Shown here one piece after another: positions 1-12,500 of a stretch of 64,000 nt of DNA (its first letter is position 1; every line of letters begins with the position of its first letter). Source of the stretch: Balanoglossus misakiensis (taxonomy: Eukaryota; Animalia; Hemichordata). The notes beneath the pieces were generated by a model. The model was not told the DNA's origin. It did no database searches and was given only the letters and a program-made list of their open reading frames with translations. Position numbers and translations under genes: made by a program. The stretch covers positions 9,269,778 to 9,333,777 of the forward strand of contig CM082597.2 of the NCBI GenBank assembly GCA_040954595.2, written 5' to 3'.

Positions 1-3000
1 GTCTTTGGACTTTAGTACTGTACCATGGAAAACTTCAGGTGCTGATCGAGGGTTGCTGCACAAGTTATTGAAACAAATCAGTGATTAAACTTGGTTTACT
101 GTGACACAATCTATGGTTTTAGTATGGAAAAGTTCAGCGGCTAAACCAGGGTTACTGCACAAGCTTTTGTTTTATTATGGTCTAAATAATTCAGTGACTA
201 AACCAGTCACATACTAATACACAAGCTATGATTAAAATGGCGAGGCTTGTAAACTGAAAACATATGGCCATTGTACCACCTCGTGTCCGTTTTTATCATT
301 GATGTTAAACTCTGGAATAAACTTCTGTAGTGACATTTTCCAGAATAATTTGTAAAACTATGCAAATCTGGCAGGCTACATTGCCTGGTGTTCTGCACAT
401 GCGCAGTTCCTCTGTCTCGAAAGAAAAGTCTAACAGAAATAACATATAAATCATGTGTATTCGGGACAATAAAGCCCAAAATTATTCTTTGTGACCAAAA
501 ATACCAGTAGTGAGAACATCATATTTATTTATTTTTGACCTTAGGTACATATTTGGCGAAATTTTCAGAGTAATCTACAGCTACTTATTAATAGAATAAT
601 TTTGGATGAATGCATATTTTCAGCCCCAGTAAGATTTTTGGGGTTTCATTGACTAGAATTTTATACCGATCGAGGCCATTAGCAATCCCGACTGTGACAA
701 CGACTTTGGAGTCGATCTCAAGAGTGGATGGTCGCGCGCGATCACGGGACCCAGCCAGCTGCATCGAGCTATGGACCCGATGTACCGCGCACGGTCAGTC
801 GAACGCGCGCGACCTTGTTATCGACAGTTTAGCGGGTCACTTTGTTGACCCTCTCCTCCCATGTGTTTGATTTCCGCTGAAAAAGAAAATTACTCACGCC
901 AAAATGCGTGTATCACAGCGAACAATAGCAATGGTCGCGACCTTTTTGTTCTGGTTGCCGCCTGAGAGTGCCAGTCGCGCGCGACCGGCGCCGACCACCG
1001 TGGGCAGAACCCTGCCCAGTATGGTTGCCATAGAAACCTGTCATTGAAATGGAAATCATATCAGTTCATTTTGACCAAAATACCCTTAGTAGTGAAATGT
1101 TCATTTCAGTCTAAGCTACTTCTGTTGGAAATGAAAAATAAAACACTTTCAGTCCCAAAATGGTTGCCATAGAAACACTTGTCATCAAAACGGACATCAT
1201 TTTTGACCTCTTTGTGCCAAGATTCCCCTTTGGTGAAAATTTCGTCGAAATCGGACCTGTCATTATTAAAATTCTTATTTTTAAATAATTCGTTATTTAA
1301 TTATAAATGTCGGTAACTTCACTTCAAATATTTAAATCCATGGTTACATTGACATTGACAGTGTGTTAAAATATACCAGCATATAACAGTAACATCACTC
1401 AGTTGAAATGTGAGCTTGTCGGTTTCTTGTAAATGGAAGTACCCGCTTGGTCATGTGACGTTCACGGCTTCGTGATAAATCTAAAGATGAGTATAATATA
1501 AATGAGCAAGTAACCAGTTGTCAAATATCATGACACTATTACAGAGTGCAAATTGACCAGAATAGATTTGCGATATTACAGCAAACACATTTAGTTTTAA
1601 AATACACCTGAAATGTTTACTTTAATGTTTACATTTGATGAGTGTGACCGTTAGTAAAGTACAAGAAAGTGGCATCACCATTTTACAATACTCGGTCCAG
1701 GAACAAGACTTTGCTCGACATGAGTTTCTGAGCGATTTCTGAGTCATTCAAGAAAGACTCATAAATACAAAGGCGTCACTGGACAACAGAAAACGTCATT
1801 CGCACAGGAACTTAAATAAAACATCAGTTTAAACAAAGGAAAAAAAAACGAGCAGGTGAGCTTCGAGCCAACACTTCAATCTCATTTCTGTCAAAGTTAC
1901 ACTTTTGCTGAAATAATCTTTAAACTATAGGGAGATTTGTCTTTGGATGTCCTGTACGTATTTTCTGCACTGGAAGTCATTGCTTAACATTTTGAATCTT
2001 ATAGGGACAAGTTTACACAAATTTTCTTGTTAAATTTAAATGTTGCTCTGCTTTTACTAAACAATCGGAAACGTGTGTACTCTGTCGAAAAACAGACGGG
2101 TAACACTGTCACAACGAAAATTATCAAGATCAATCAACATATATAAATGAATTGAAAGATTCAGCATAACGATCAATTTGGGAAGCACACCGCTGTTGAG
2201 GTCAATTGTTTGATGGAGGGAAATTGGCACCTATATAGAATTAGGACACATATTTTCGGAATGTGTGTCTAAGGGTTCATGGCCACACAAAAATGTCAAA
2301 CTATAATATTTATGATGTGATTTGACTATCAACTCGTGAAGGTGACATTGTTTCATGCCTAGGCAACTTTATCAGAAATAGTTTACTTCAATAAACTTAG
2401 GTCTGAAAGATTAAATACTATTTTGTTTATTTTGGCTTTACTCATATACACGTTGACCAAAACATATTTGAACTCAATAAAACTCAAAAACAAAATCTCA
2501 ATTTGCAATTTGTGCACTTGTTCTTCTCAACAAACCTTCAAGCAAAATACAAATTTTCATAATTGACAAATTTGCATATTGTTTCAAGACCTGTTTGCTC
2601 CTTAAAAACTAGTCCATGTGTGCATAGTGACGTGGAACAGCAAACACTGCAGAACAAACGATATCTTGAAGCAGATATGTACATAAAACACTATTGATTT
2701 ATCAGATCGACGAAAAGATAGCACTGGGTTTCAGAACACATAGCGTCAAATGATCCTAGTTTTCTCAGCTGAGATCTGGTCATGTAGCGTGATAGCTGAA
2801 CAGCCAATCACTTAGAAATATGTGAACTCTCAAAGCGAACATCTATTTATTGGACAGAGTGTTTACTCTGGACGACATAAACCAAAGAGAGGCTAAATCG
2901 TTTGCTGATCTAGATACCAAATGTCTTATTCTCTATAATCTTACTCTGTTGCACTACTTTATACGTTGGATGATTACAGAACCACCACCGGCAGCCTTAG

Positions 3001-3445
3001 AATGAAATATTGGTGTAACAGTGGCTGAAAACAAAAACATTCCTTCATACCTGAATCCTCCATCTCCATCAAATCAAGTGGTCCTCCCTTCAAGATAATG
3101 TTGCTACAAATCATGGCCCCTCCTGTGGTGTGGCCACGTACAAGAATTGGGCGAAGTCGATAGGTGGCAAGCTTCAAAAACGGTCACGATTTTTATTTTG
3201 TCTTGAGTGATTTTGTCAAGTGTCATAAGACTGTGGTGTTGATCAGCTGTGCAGATATTGTTGCTACGAGTGCGTGTTGTGTAGCGTCGTTAGTGACTTT
3301 GAGGTTGTCGACACACGTACCCGGAACCAGACGTCAAAACGTCGATAAGGTCGTGACAAAAAGTAGTTTAAGAAATATCCCAGGTTGCTTTAGCTCATTG
3401 TCCGATTTGGATCGTTGCCAAGTTGTGAGGCCGGTGCTTGTTAAA

Positions 3446-3503
3446 ATGAGGCAACTCTTTGCTGCTTTGCTGACTGCTGCAGTTCTCTTCATAGTATTAC
3501 AAG
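3446..3503 (+). CDS. VWDE-like exon 1a (signal peptide MRQLFAALLTAAVLFIVLQ)
   Basis: aaaATG start, hydrophobic core, CAAG|GTGAG donor in phase 1 matching exon 2. Confidence 0.8.
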
Positions 3504-6500
3504 GTGAGCAGTTTCTAGTCTTATGTAAAGTTTCATTATTTACACATATCCCAAAACCTTCTTACTTGTAGCCCCATTCTGCTATGGAGACTGATGTCGT
3601 TCGATATAAGATCATGTCAGTAATTATCAATATCAAAAAACAAACAGACAGACAGTGTGGGTACTGTGTTGTTGAGTGATAAGTTTTGTTTGCACTGCCA
3701 AAACAAACATGCATGATGACAGACATCGTGACGGTAACATGCTAGAGTCACTAATTCACCTGACTCTTAGCATATCCTAGTACAATGGACAATATAAATA
3801 ATCGGTTGTCAAAATTAAAACATTCACAAACACTATCACCCTGATAAATGGCTTACTATGCATATAAATAAAGTATCAATTGATTTCAAGACATTTATGA
3901 CCCATTGCGTTTCAGCAACCCCCTGTTAAAACGTCCCCCACGTTGCTTTTGCGCATTGTTCGACGTCGATACGTTGAAGTTGTGAGGCCGATGCTGATTT
4001 CCTCTCCGGACACAATGAGGCTACTCTGTTCCGCCTTGCCGCTCGGTACAGTGCTCTTGCTGGTACTACAAGGTGGGTTCTTTCGCCTTTGATGTAAATT
4101 TTCATTATTTCCTCAGACCCCAAAACATCATTACTTGTACCCCTATTCTGCTATGGTAACTAACGTCGTTCGATATAACATCATGTCAGTAATTATCAAT
4201 ATCAAAACGCAAGCCCCTTTTTTTATCAAAGAGGAAGGACTGGTCACACAATATGCTCCACTTTTTGCCTTAAAAAACGTTTTAAAGTTCCTATTTCCTT
4301 GTGACCCAGCATATAATGTTATCAGCTCCTTATCAGGAATGCAAGCTACTGAATTGCCTTGAAACGTCAGCTAATTGGATAAACTCAATCTGGGACTCAG
4401 TTGGGCAATAATATGGGAAAGCCAGTTGGTTTCAACAATGTAGAACTATAAACCTTACAGCAATTTTACAATCACAATACATGGCTGTGTGTTGACCGAT
4501 TTATGAAATGTCAGATTTATGAAATGATTCATCTCTCGATACAAAAATACAAAATAAAAATGGACACGAGAACCCAAAATGTCAATGTCAAATAAACCAA
4601 CGAGAACCAGCAGGGATTGAGACATAATGACAAATGACATAACATGCTTAAACACAATTTCACAGAAACCACCGATATTTTGTAATATTTCATGCGAGTC
4701 AGGAACAGCTTTTTCTCGGTTGACCGACAACAATATTTAGGTAATCCTCCAGCCCCTCCAAATGACCAATTGACAACTACTTACATGAAGATGATATGTT
4801 TTTCCCGTCTCAGATTGTCATAATAATGATTTTAGATGATTACCCTATCAATCATATACAAAACCATGATTTAAAACAATTTGTCATATATACATGTACA
4901 TTGAAACCAAGTTAGATTATGTAATTCTTAACGTTCTCCCCCGCCCCATGATAAAAGTTCTTTCTGGTGCCTCTTACAATCTTCGAATCCCTGTATACCT
5001 GTGGATTTACATGTACACCTGTACTTCATTGATAATTTGCAATTTGTTTGTGTTACCCCTACAGCAATGATACCTGTAGCAGACACAACTGATCCTTGTT
5101 ACAATCATATTGAAATCGATGAACCGCAACGCAGCACAAGCTACCAGGTAGACCCAGCCACCCCATTGCTGTGTGACGATAACCTAGCCGGATATCAATG
5201 GTACAGATTCGTCAGCGGAGCCGGAGGTCAGATGACAAATCGGAACGATCTACCTGACTATTCATGTGGAACGAGATATCCTCTGTATATGCTAGGAGAT
5301 CATCCAACTGAACTCAATGACACAGTACTGACCGTTGCATGTTCTACCGATTCTGGTACTGTATGCTTTGACCAGTATGACATGCAAGTTAAGAAATGTG
5401 ACGGTTACTACGTCTACAGACTTCAAAGTGTCTACTGCCCGAGTGCGTACTGTGCAGGTAAGACAACACTCACATACACAGTGTTTCAGGAATATATCGA
5501 AGTAAACAAGTCCAGTGAAGTCATAACATAACTGTCAATTTGACATTACCGTGTGCTCACAAAAAAACAACAACATTTTTTTCGTCTTTACGGAGATGAA
5601 CTTTCCAGTTGTTGCGTTTTTCGACGGGTAAAATACAACATATAAACTTGCTTTTGCTAAAAGTTCTGTAAAATGTATGACAGTTTCATAGCCACAATTA
5701 CCATCCTATATCGGTGTATTTAAGACTAAGGAATGTTCAATTAATTTATGCCTTTAGGAACTGAGTTGCGGTGTGCTGACGGTACATCTTCACCAACGGG
5801 TTTCACGCCTGGTTGTACAGGTTAGTCACACACTTTTTTTCTTATGGAGGGAAGTCTTATCTCATATATACAGATAACACTTTATATCGGTGCCACGGTA
5901 TTGTTACAGTACCTAGCATCAGGGAAGTCATAAGGCCAAATAAAAAAAATATGTGCTGTTCCGATTACCTGACCTACCCTAATTTTAGCCCACCGACCCT
6001 TAACGTTTTTAGAGCTTCGTAAACCGGAAGTAAAAATAAATGTCAAATAAACAAAATTTATGAAAATTGCAAGCATCACGCAAGAACTATGACGTCATTC
6101 TTCCACACTACGGCGGCTGAAGATTTAATAAAATGCAAAATAAAAAAATCCCTACCTACCTACCCTATTGTTGAAAACCATGTAATCGGAACACCACATA
6201 TTTTTTTATTTGGCCTAACAAACCCAATTGTACAACAATGACCCATTATTTGATTTATGACGCCGTCTGTCCGGTCCAGTCACGGATCTTTCCATCCAGG
6301 TCTCTCCGTTCGAATACCTTTGTACAAACAATTATCATAAATGCAACGCCTGTAATGCCATATTTCTTTTGTTTAATGAGAACGCATATGAACCAGTATT
6401 TTAACATGTGAAATACAGAATATAAATTCACTGCATCCCCGAAACTATGTTAAGAACGCACTTAAGGTGGCATTGCATGAAAAGTTGTGATTTTTGCCAA

Positions 6501-9500
6501 ATTTTACTTTTTCACATAAATCGGTAGGTCTAATACTGATCAACACCCTGACAAATGCGTTTTGGCGGAAATGGTGCATAATCACCAAAAAATAGCAGTT
6601 TTCTGAATGAGTCCACTGCTTAAAAAATAGGTGTCAACAATGCAAGTTGCCGTTTTTCTCAGTTTGCATTTTCGCTGCTTTTGACAACTTCAGAAGAATT
6701 TAGCTTCGCTTTGCGTTGGCCGAATTTGCTCAAATTTTAACAGCGGATTGTGTATGACCCATCTAACAATACGAATTTTTTTAATAACAATCTGTGATGT
6801 CACAGATTGGGTTTGTAAGTGTATGTAGCTTTCCCCTTCTGGCTCCCTGCCTTCCCTATTTCCTTCCCCTGTCTTTTGCACTCGTCTCCTGGCGTCCCCC
6901 CTCTACTCATTTGCATATCTTTTTTCTCATTCTCTAATTGCTCTCACAATCTCCTCAGTTAGCGTCTTTGTCCGCGTCAGTGCGACATCTCAGCTATTCT
7001 CTCTCTGCACATTCCTTTGTTTCGTTTAAACTCAACTCTTAAACGCAACGCATTATGCCAGCCCGCCGTAAAGGATCATCGACTGGACGCCGAGCAACTG
7101 TCCAGGCCCCCAGGGGTCGAGGTTGAGGGACCAGAGTGGCCCCTTACGAGCGGCCGGTGACACGTTCCCGCACCGAGCCAATAAGTACAGCGACGCAGGA
7201 CGTGGTGAGCTCCGGTGATCTCAACAGCCCAAGTTTGGCGTCGAGGTGAACCACCTGGTGCGTCAGCCATATGAAGAGTTGAACCGTCAGGTTCATTACG
7301 AAACCGGAGAAGCGGGGACGTCAGGATGGAACATGAGTCCGGACGCTCTGGCCGTCCAGCAGAGGAGCGCCAGCCGTGGACGTATAGCTGCAGTGACCGC
7401 TTCATCTGCACAGCTCCGACCCGACCAACCCATCGCTACCGCACCAACCTCAAACTCGGGGTCAGTGTCGTTTGCAGAAATGCACACAGCACTCGCCAAC
7501 TTAACGAGAATCGTTGAGCAACACCTGCTGCCACCAGGAGCACACCAACCAAACCTGATTGTCGCACAAAATCAGCAGGTCGCTACCCTCGCCGCCGGGG
7601 TCAGGGCATCGAACGCAGAAGTTCAAGGTCAAGACCAGCTCACACCGGATATGGACGACTCCATTACAGATGGGGGTTTCAACAAGCTACTTTCAACGCG
7701 CGGTACATCGTCCGAGCAACTACCACATATCGAACTGGTCTCTCCTTCAATCCGCGTGACATTTTGGCAGGTAAGGATGTCAACCTTGCATGCCTATTGA
7801 TACCCGGGTCGGATTCTTGGGCGACGAAGCGTTAACTTTAAAAACTCCACAAGATTGCAGGTTGACCCGAGCCCTATCCATCCAGGAATTTATACTAGCA
7901 TTTACTGTTTACCAGCATGTCATGTGCTCCGCATACACCGATCGGCGTGAAGAACGGCCTAGTATACTACGAGTACCATCAGGCGTTCTCGGCTAGGGCC
8001 GCGGCTCTCCTTCTAAACCACAACATCAAAGTGGACTGGTCCCGTCGTGATACAACGTTGTATTGTTCTATCTTCGCCGGAATGCGTGCCAACACGTGTA
8101 ATGTGTGTCAATCTGTGGCCCACACAACTGAGGTATGCCCCCAGTTAGCCTTTCCAGCCAAGAAAGCCCATCAAGGCATCGCAGCCGGTTCCGGTATAAG
8201 CTCAGCAGTCTACGACCACGGCAGACAGAAATGGCCGCAAACGTATATTTTTCCAGGGTAAAGAAATTTGCAATAATTTCAATTCTGCGAATAACTGCAA
8301 GAGGATCAATTGTCCCTACGCGCATGTTTGCACAGTTGCTTCTCCAGCGACCACAATTCAGTAACAGGAAAGTGCATTTCGACCATGGTTACATCCCATC
8401 GCCTGTCAAAGAACTGACTACATTCTGCAGTGTCCACACTGGTTCATATTGATAATTTGGAGTTCGAACTTAGAAACCATCCTGAACGTACGTTTGTCGA
8501 TTTGCTCAGCGGCCTACGCATGGCTTTGACACCAGGGTTAGGGATCCTCCTTCCTCTACGCTTGTTTGTCCTAAACTACTATCAGCCCGCAACGACCCCG
8601 ATGCAGTTACGGACTTGATTAACACCGAGGTGAAGAAGGGGTTTTTGATCGGCCCCTTCGATGAACCACCGTTCCCATCGTATCGCTGCAGCCCTATCGG
8701 CATAGTCGAAAAGAAATATTCTTCGAAAAAGCGCTTAATCGTGGACTTGTCTTCGCTTCGTGATTTAGCCGATACCTCCAGCATTAACGACTTCATTGAT
8801 GAAGACGAGTTCTCGTTAACCTACGTGAAAGTTGACGATGCCATAGCCGCAATTCAAAGGGTTGGGACTGGAGCCTGGCTGTTTAAAACAGACATTGTCC
8901 ATTTGCTGTACGACTTCCTGACAGTCGATGCTCCATCGTTCGACGCGGACCGCACGATGGTCATCCTCAGCCTGATCTTTCAGCGCTTAAGAATCCCTAT
9001 TGCACCGCACAAAACCGTCGGCCCGGCCACCTCGCTCGAATACCTGGGAATAGTGTTAGACACCATCAAGATGCCATCAAGATTGCCTCTTGACAAACTC
9101 AACCGCATGCGGGACTTACTAGACTCATTCCTCAAGCGGAAATCGTGCACGAAACGGCAGCTACTAAGTTTACTAAGTTTATTAGGTCACCTGAACTTTG
9201 CATGCAGAGTTGTCACTCCCGGTCGTACCTTCATTTCACGGCTGATAGAATTGTCCAAGTCCGCTAAACATCTGAACCACTTCATCACCATTTCGGCAGA
9301 AAGCAAACGCGACTTACGAATGTGGCACTACCTCCTCTCTGAGTGGATCGGGATTTCCTTATTCCTGGAAACGACTATCACCCCAGCAGACAGCATGCAG
9401 CTCTTCACTGACGCCAGTGGAATTCTCCACGGTGGCTACTTTCGCGGGCAATGGTTTCAGGAATGTTGGCAACATGGTTTGGACCCCCACGACGACCCAA

Positions 9501-12500
9501 CGTTGTCAATCGCCTTTGCGAACTGTATCCAATAGTCGTCGCCTGCCTACTGTGGGGCTATAACTGGCGCCGTAAGTGCATCGTGTTCCATTGCGACAAC
9601 ATGGCCACGGTCCACATTATCAACAAAGGCCGTTCAAAGTCGGTCACCATAATGAAACTCATGCGGAGACTTGTTATCACAGCAGCAACCAATAACTTCA
9701 TGTTCCAGGCAGAGCATATCCCTGGTAAGCTGAATGTAATTGCTGACTCTTTATCTCGCTTTCAGGATCAACGGTTTCGTCAGGAAGCCCCAAACGCGTC
9801 TGCCACACCCTGCCAAATACCCTCCAACATAATGTTCGATTGAACGAAGCTTTGGCAACCGTCCAGTCGGCATCACTCAGCCCAAGAACATTTTCGACTT
9901 ACAGCACATGGGTTCATGCTTGGCTTCGTTTCACGGCATTATTCAACATCAGAGGTCAGTCACCACGTTACCCACCAGCGTCAGAGGACATTCTCACTTT
10001 GTGGTTCACTGTGCTACGAACTGTTACCTAAAATACACCACTCTCCGCACCTACTTGGCTGCAATTCGGAATCATTACGTGCGTGCCGGCCTTCACATCT
10101 AGTCTCTGCTTGCTATTGTCGCGCTTGGGCCTACATCCACAACACTTCGCCGGCCATTCCTTCCGCATCGGTGCAGCCACTTCAGCAGCCAGTGCCCATC
10201 TCCCAGACCACCTTATTCAGACTCTTGGCAGGTTGTCTAGTGACTGTTACCGCAGATATATTAGAACGCCTGAAGGACTTTTGCGTTCTGCCTTTAGAGC
10301 TTTGGCTTTCCAGTAGTCTACTTCCGCCTACCCCTTACTAACCCCAGTGTGAGCCACGCAGGCCGGTACTCCCCTAAGACCCCCACCATTGGACCGCACT
10401 ACTTCCTGTGACTCCGATGGATTCCTCCATACCTACATACACCTGGGCCGACCAGACCGCGTCTGTCCCCCCAGGACCCAACCCATTGGGCCGCAATACG
10501 CCTCCAATGGTTACCTACCAACCTACTAACATCTCATGGGGGTCACGTCGGTCATGCTTCCCACAACCTCAGTTTGGGCTATGGATTCCATCCTGCTCCC
10601 CTTTACGTGCCATAGGTCACCACCTAGTGCCTGGCCTACCACTGTTTCGTGCAGCATGGTTTTCTTGTTCGCCCATGCCACGGGAGCGGAACAGAAGGGG
10701 CCCCTGCCCAACCAGTTTTTACGTAGTTAGTTTGCATCTTACTGTATTAGATAGATAGGCGTTTTTGTTAATTGCCTTTTTGATAATGTGCTTGCTTTGG
10801 TAGACATTTGTCTCTTAGTTAGCCAGTTGCCCCGGGCATTCTGAGTCAGTTAGCCGTGCTTGTTTCCTCGTTGTTGTTTTATTGTTTTGGCTTTTCACCT
10901 TTGTTTATTTTGCATTAAATCTTCCTTCTTCCTACATCCTTGTCTGGCGGAGTACATTTACAAATCGATTAGGTGTCCCTGGCGGGAATAAACTCTGATT
11001 CAATACAACTCACCGTGAATTTGATCAAATTTTCTAAAAATCTAACTTTCAAACGTTGTTACTCCTCAATGGAAGCAGACAACGAAAAACAAATTTTCAG
11101 TTTTTTGCACGTCTATTCTAGTTTCGAATGACATATTAAGATGCACGATGCATGGTCAACTTTTTTACCAATTTCAATTGAATGACATAATATCAAAAAA
11201 TGTTTTTTTTTAACCCAAAAACGGGGGTCGATAACATGTGCAACTCAAACAAAAGTTCAAAAACTCAGCTTCCAGAATATGTATGGTTTATAGGGGTTTT
11301 AATGTTGTCTTTGATGAGAAATAGGCCTCTGAAAAAGTCTTGACGGTTTCGTGCAATGCCAACTTAACTTTGGCATTGAGTCGATCAGTGAGCTGGGGAA
11401 AATCCCAGATTGGAAACTGAATACATGTGTACTTTAACTTTCAAAGCAGCCATCTTTTTGCATATCCAACATTTTTGGTGGCTTGATCTATAAACAAAAA
11501 TTCTCAATTGTATAAACCCTTGCTTTTTTCTAACTTTCATTATTACTACCAATTTCAAAATAGCTTGGAAATTCTTTGTCCTCTGGTGATAAAATATACG
11601 TCTTTTGTAGCAAAAACAAACGACTGTACTGCATACCGCAATCGTAAATTTTGCAACAATTTACCACAGCGTCACAATTTAGTAGACAAAGAGTTGAAGA
11701 AGTGCGTGTTGAGAGAGACGTGAACAGAAAGGGGTAGAAGATTCGAGCACGGACGACGAGAGTTGTTTAGCGTGTCGAATGCTGCTCTACGAAGCTCGTA
11801 GTTACCTTCTGACCGGGACATTTGCGCGTGAACGGACTGGGTTCCTCCCGATGGATTCTTGCCGATTGCCGCACGCCAGCGGTTTGAAAGTGTGGGACGT
11901 CGATCCACCGGCCGGCTGCACCGCTCCAAACATGACCAGCTCCACGCCACTTTGAGCTGCACCGCAGTCGGATATCCCACCACGGCTGCCGGACAGCATA
12001 TGAAGGTGTCTGAGGCCTTTTCTAGTCAAAGATTACACGTTTAAAACTTTGGGGTTTTCGGAATGGAAATACCGTAACAAGAACATGGATTTATACTAAT
12101 CATGAACGCCAAACAAACACGTTGGAAAAGCCAGATCTGAAAAAAAATCCGCTGGGCGCGATGACGCGCCGACGTTATTTTTCAAACAATGTAACCTGTC
12201 AGGCTGCCACAAACAAGTTCATGCGTAGGTCGAGAAAGTTCTCAAGCGGCCGGGTGATCGCTGCAAGGTTAGCGGCGGCCTCGCACGCCCGAATTTGCCA
12301 CAAAACTATCAGTCCATTCAGCGATGCGGTTCAAACTCTTCCGTTGTATTTAATTCAACAACACAAATTCAGAATACAACACGGCAGTTTGGTACGTCGT
12401 CTCTAGCCTACACTGCTTATTCTCATCTCAATCGTCTCTCTTCGCAATACGTCGATTCTCTAAAAGAAAGTTCAATAGACGGGATACACTGCAACCCGCG

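Larger units (their letters stand above)
6812..10974 (+). mobile_element. Tyrosine-recombinase retrotransposon (DIRS order, Ngaro-like), disabled
   Basis: GC-richer island containing gag-like ORF fragments with a CCCH finger, RT (GPFDEPPF...SPIGIVEKK...RLIVDLS), RNase H (LFTDAS...ELYPI...CDNMATV...NVIADSLSR) and YR (GHSFRIGAAT). Confidence 0.92.
6466..11363. mobile_element. TTAA-flanked non-autonomous TIR element (Kolobok-like), split by a YR retrotransposon
   Basis: ttaa|GGTGGCATTGCATGAAA at left and TTTCGTGCAATGCCAAC|ttaa at right. Confidence 0.7.

Noticed and set aside
2974-3200. - strand 67-aa ORF with a possible donor
   Set aside because: No partner exons or recognisable homology
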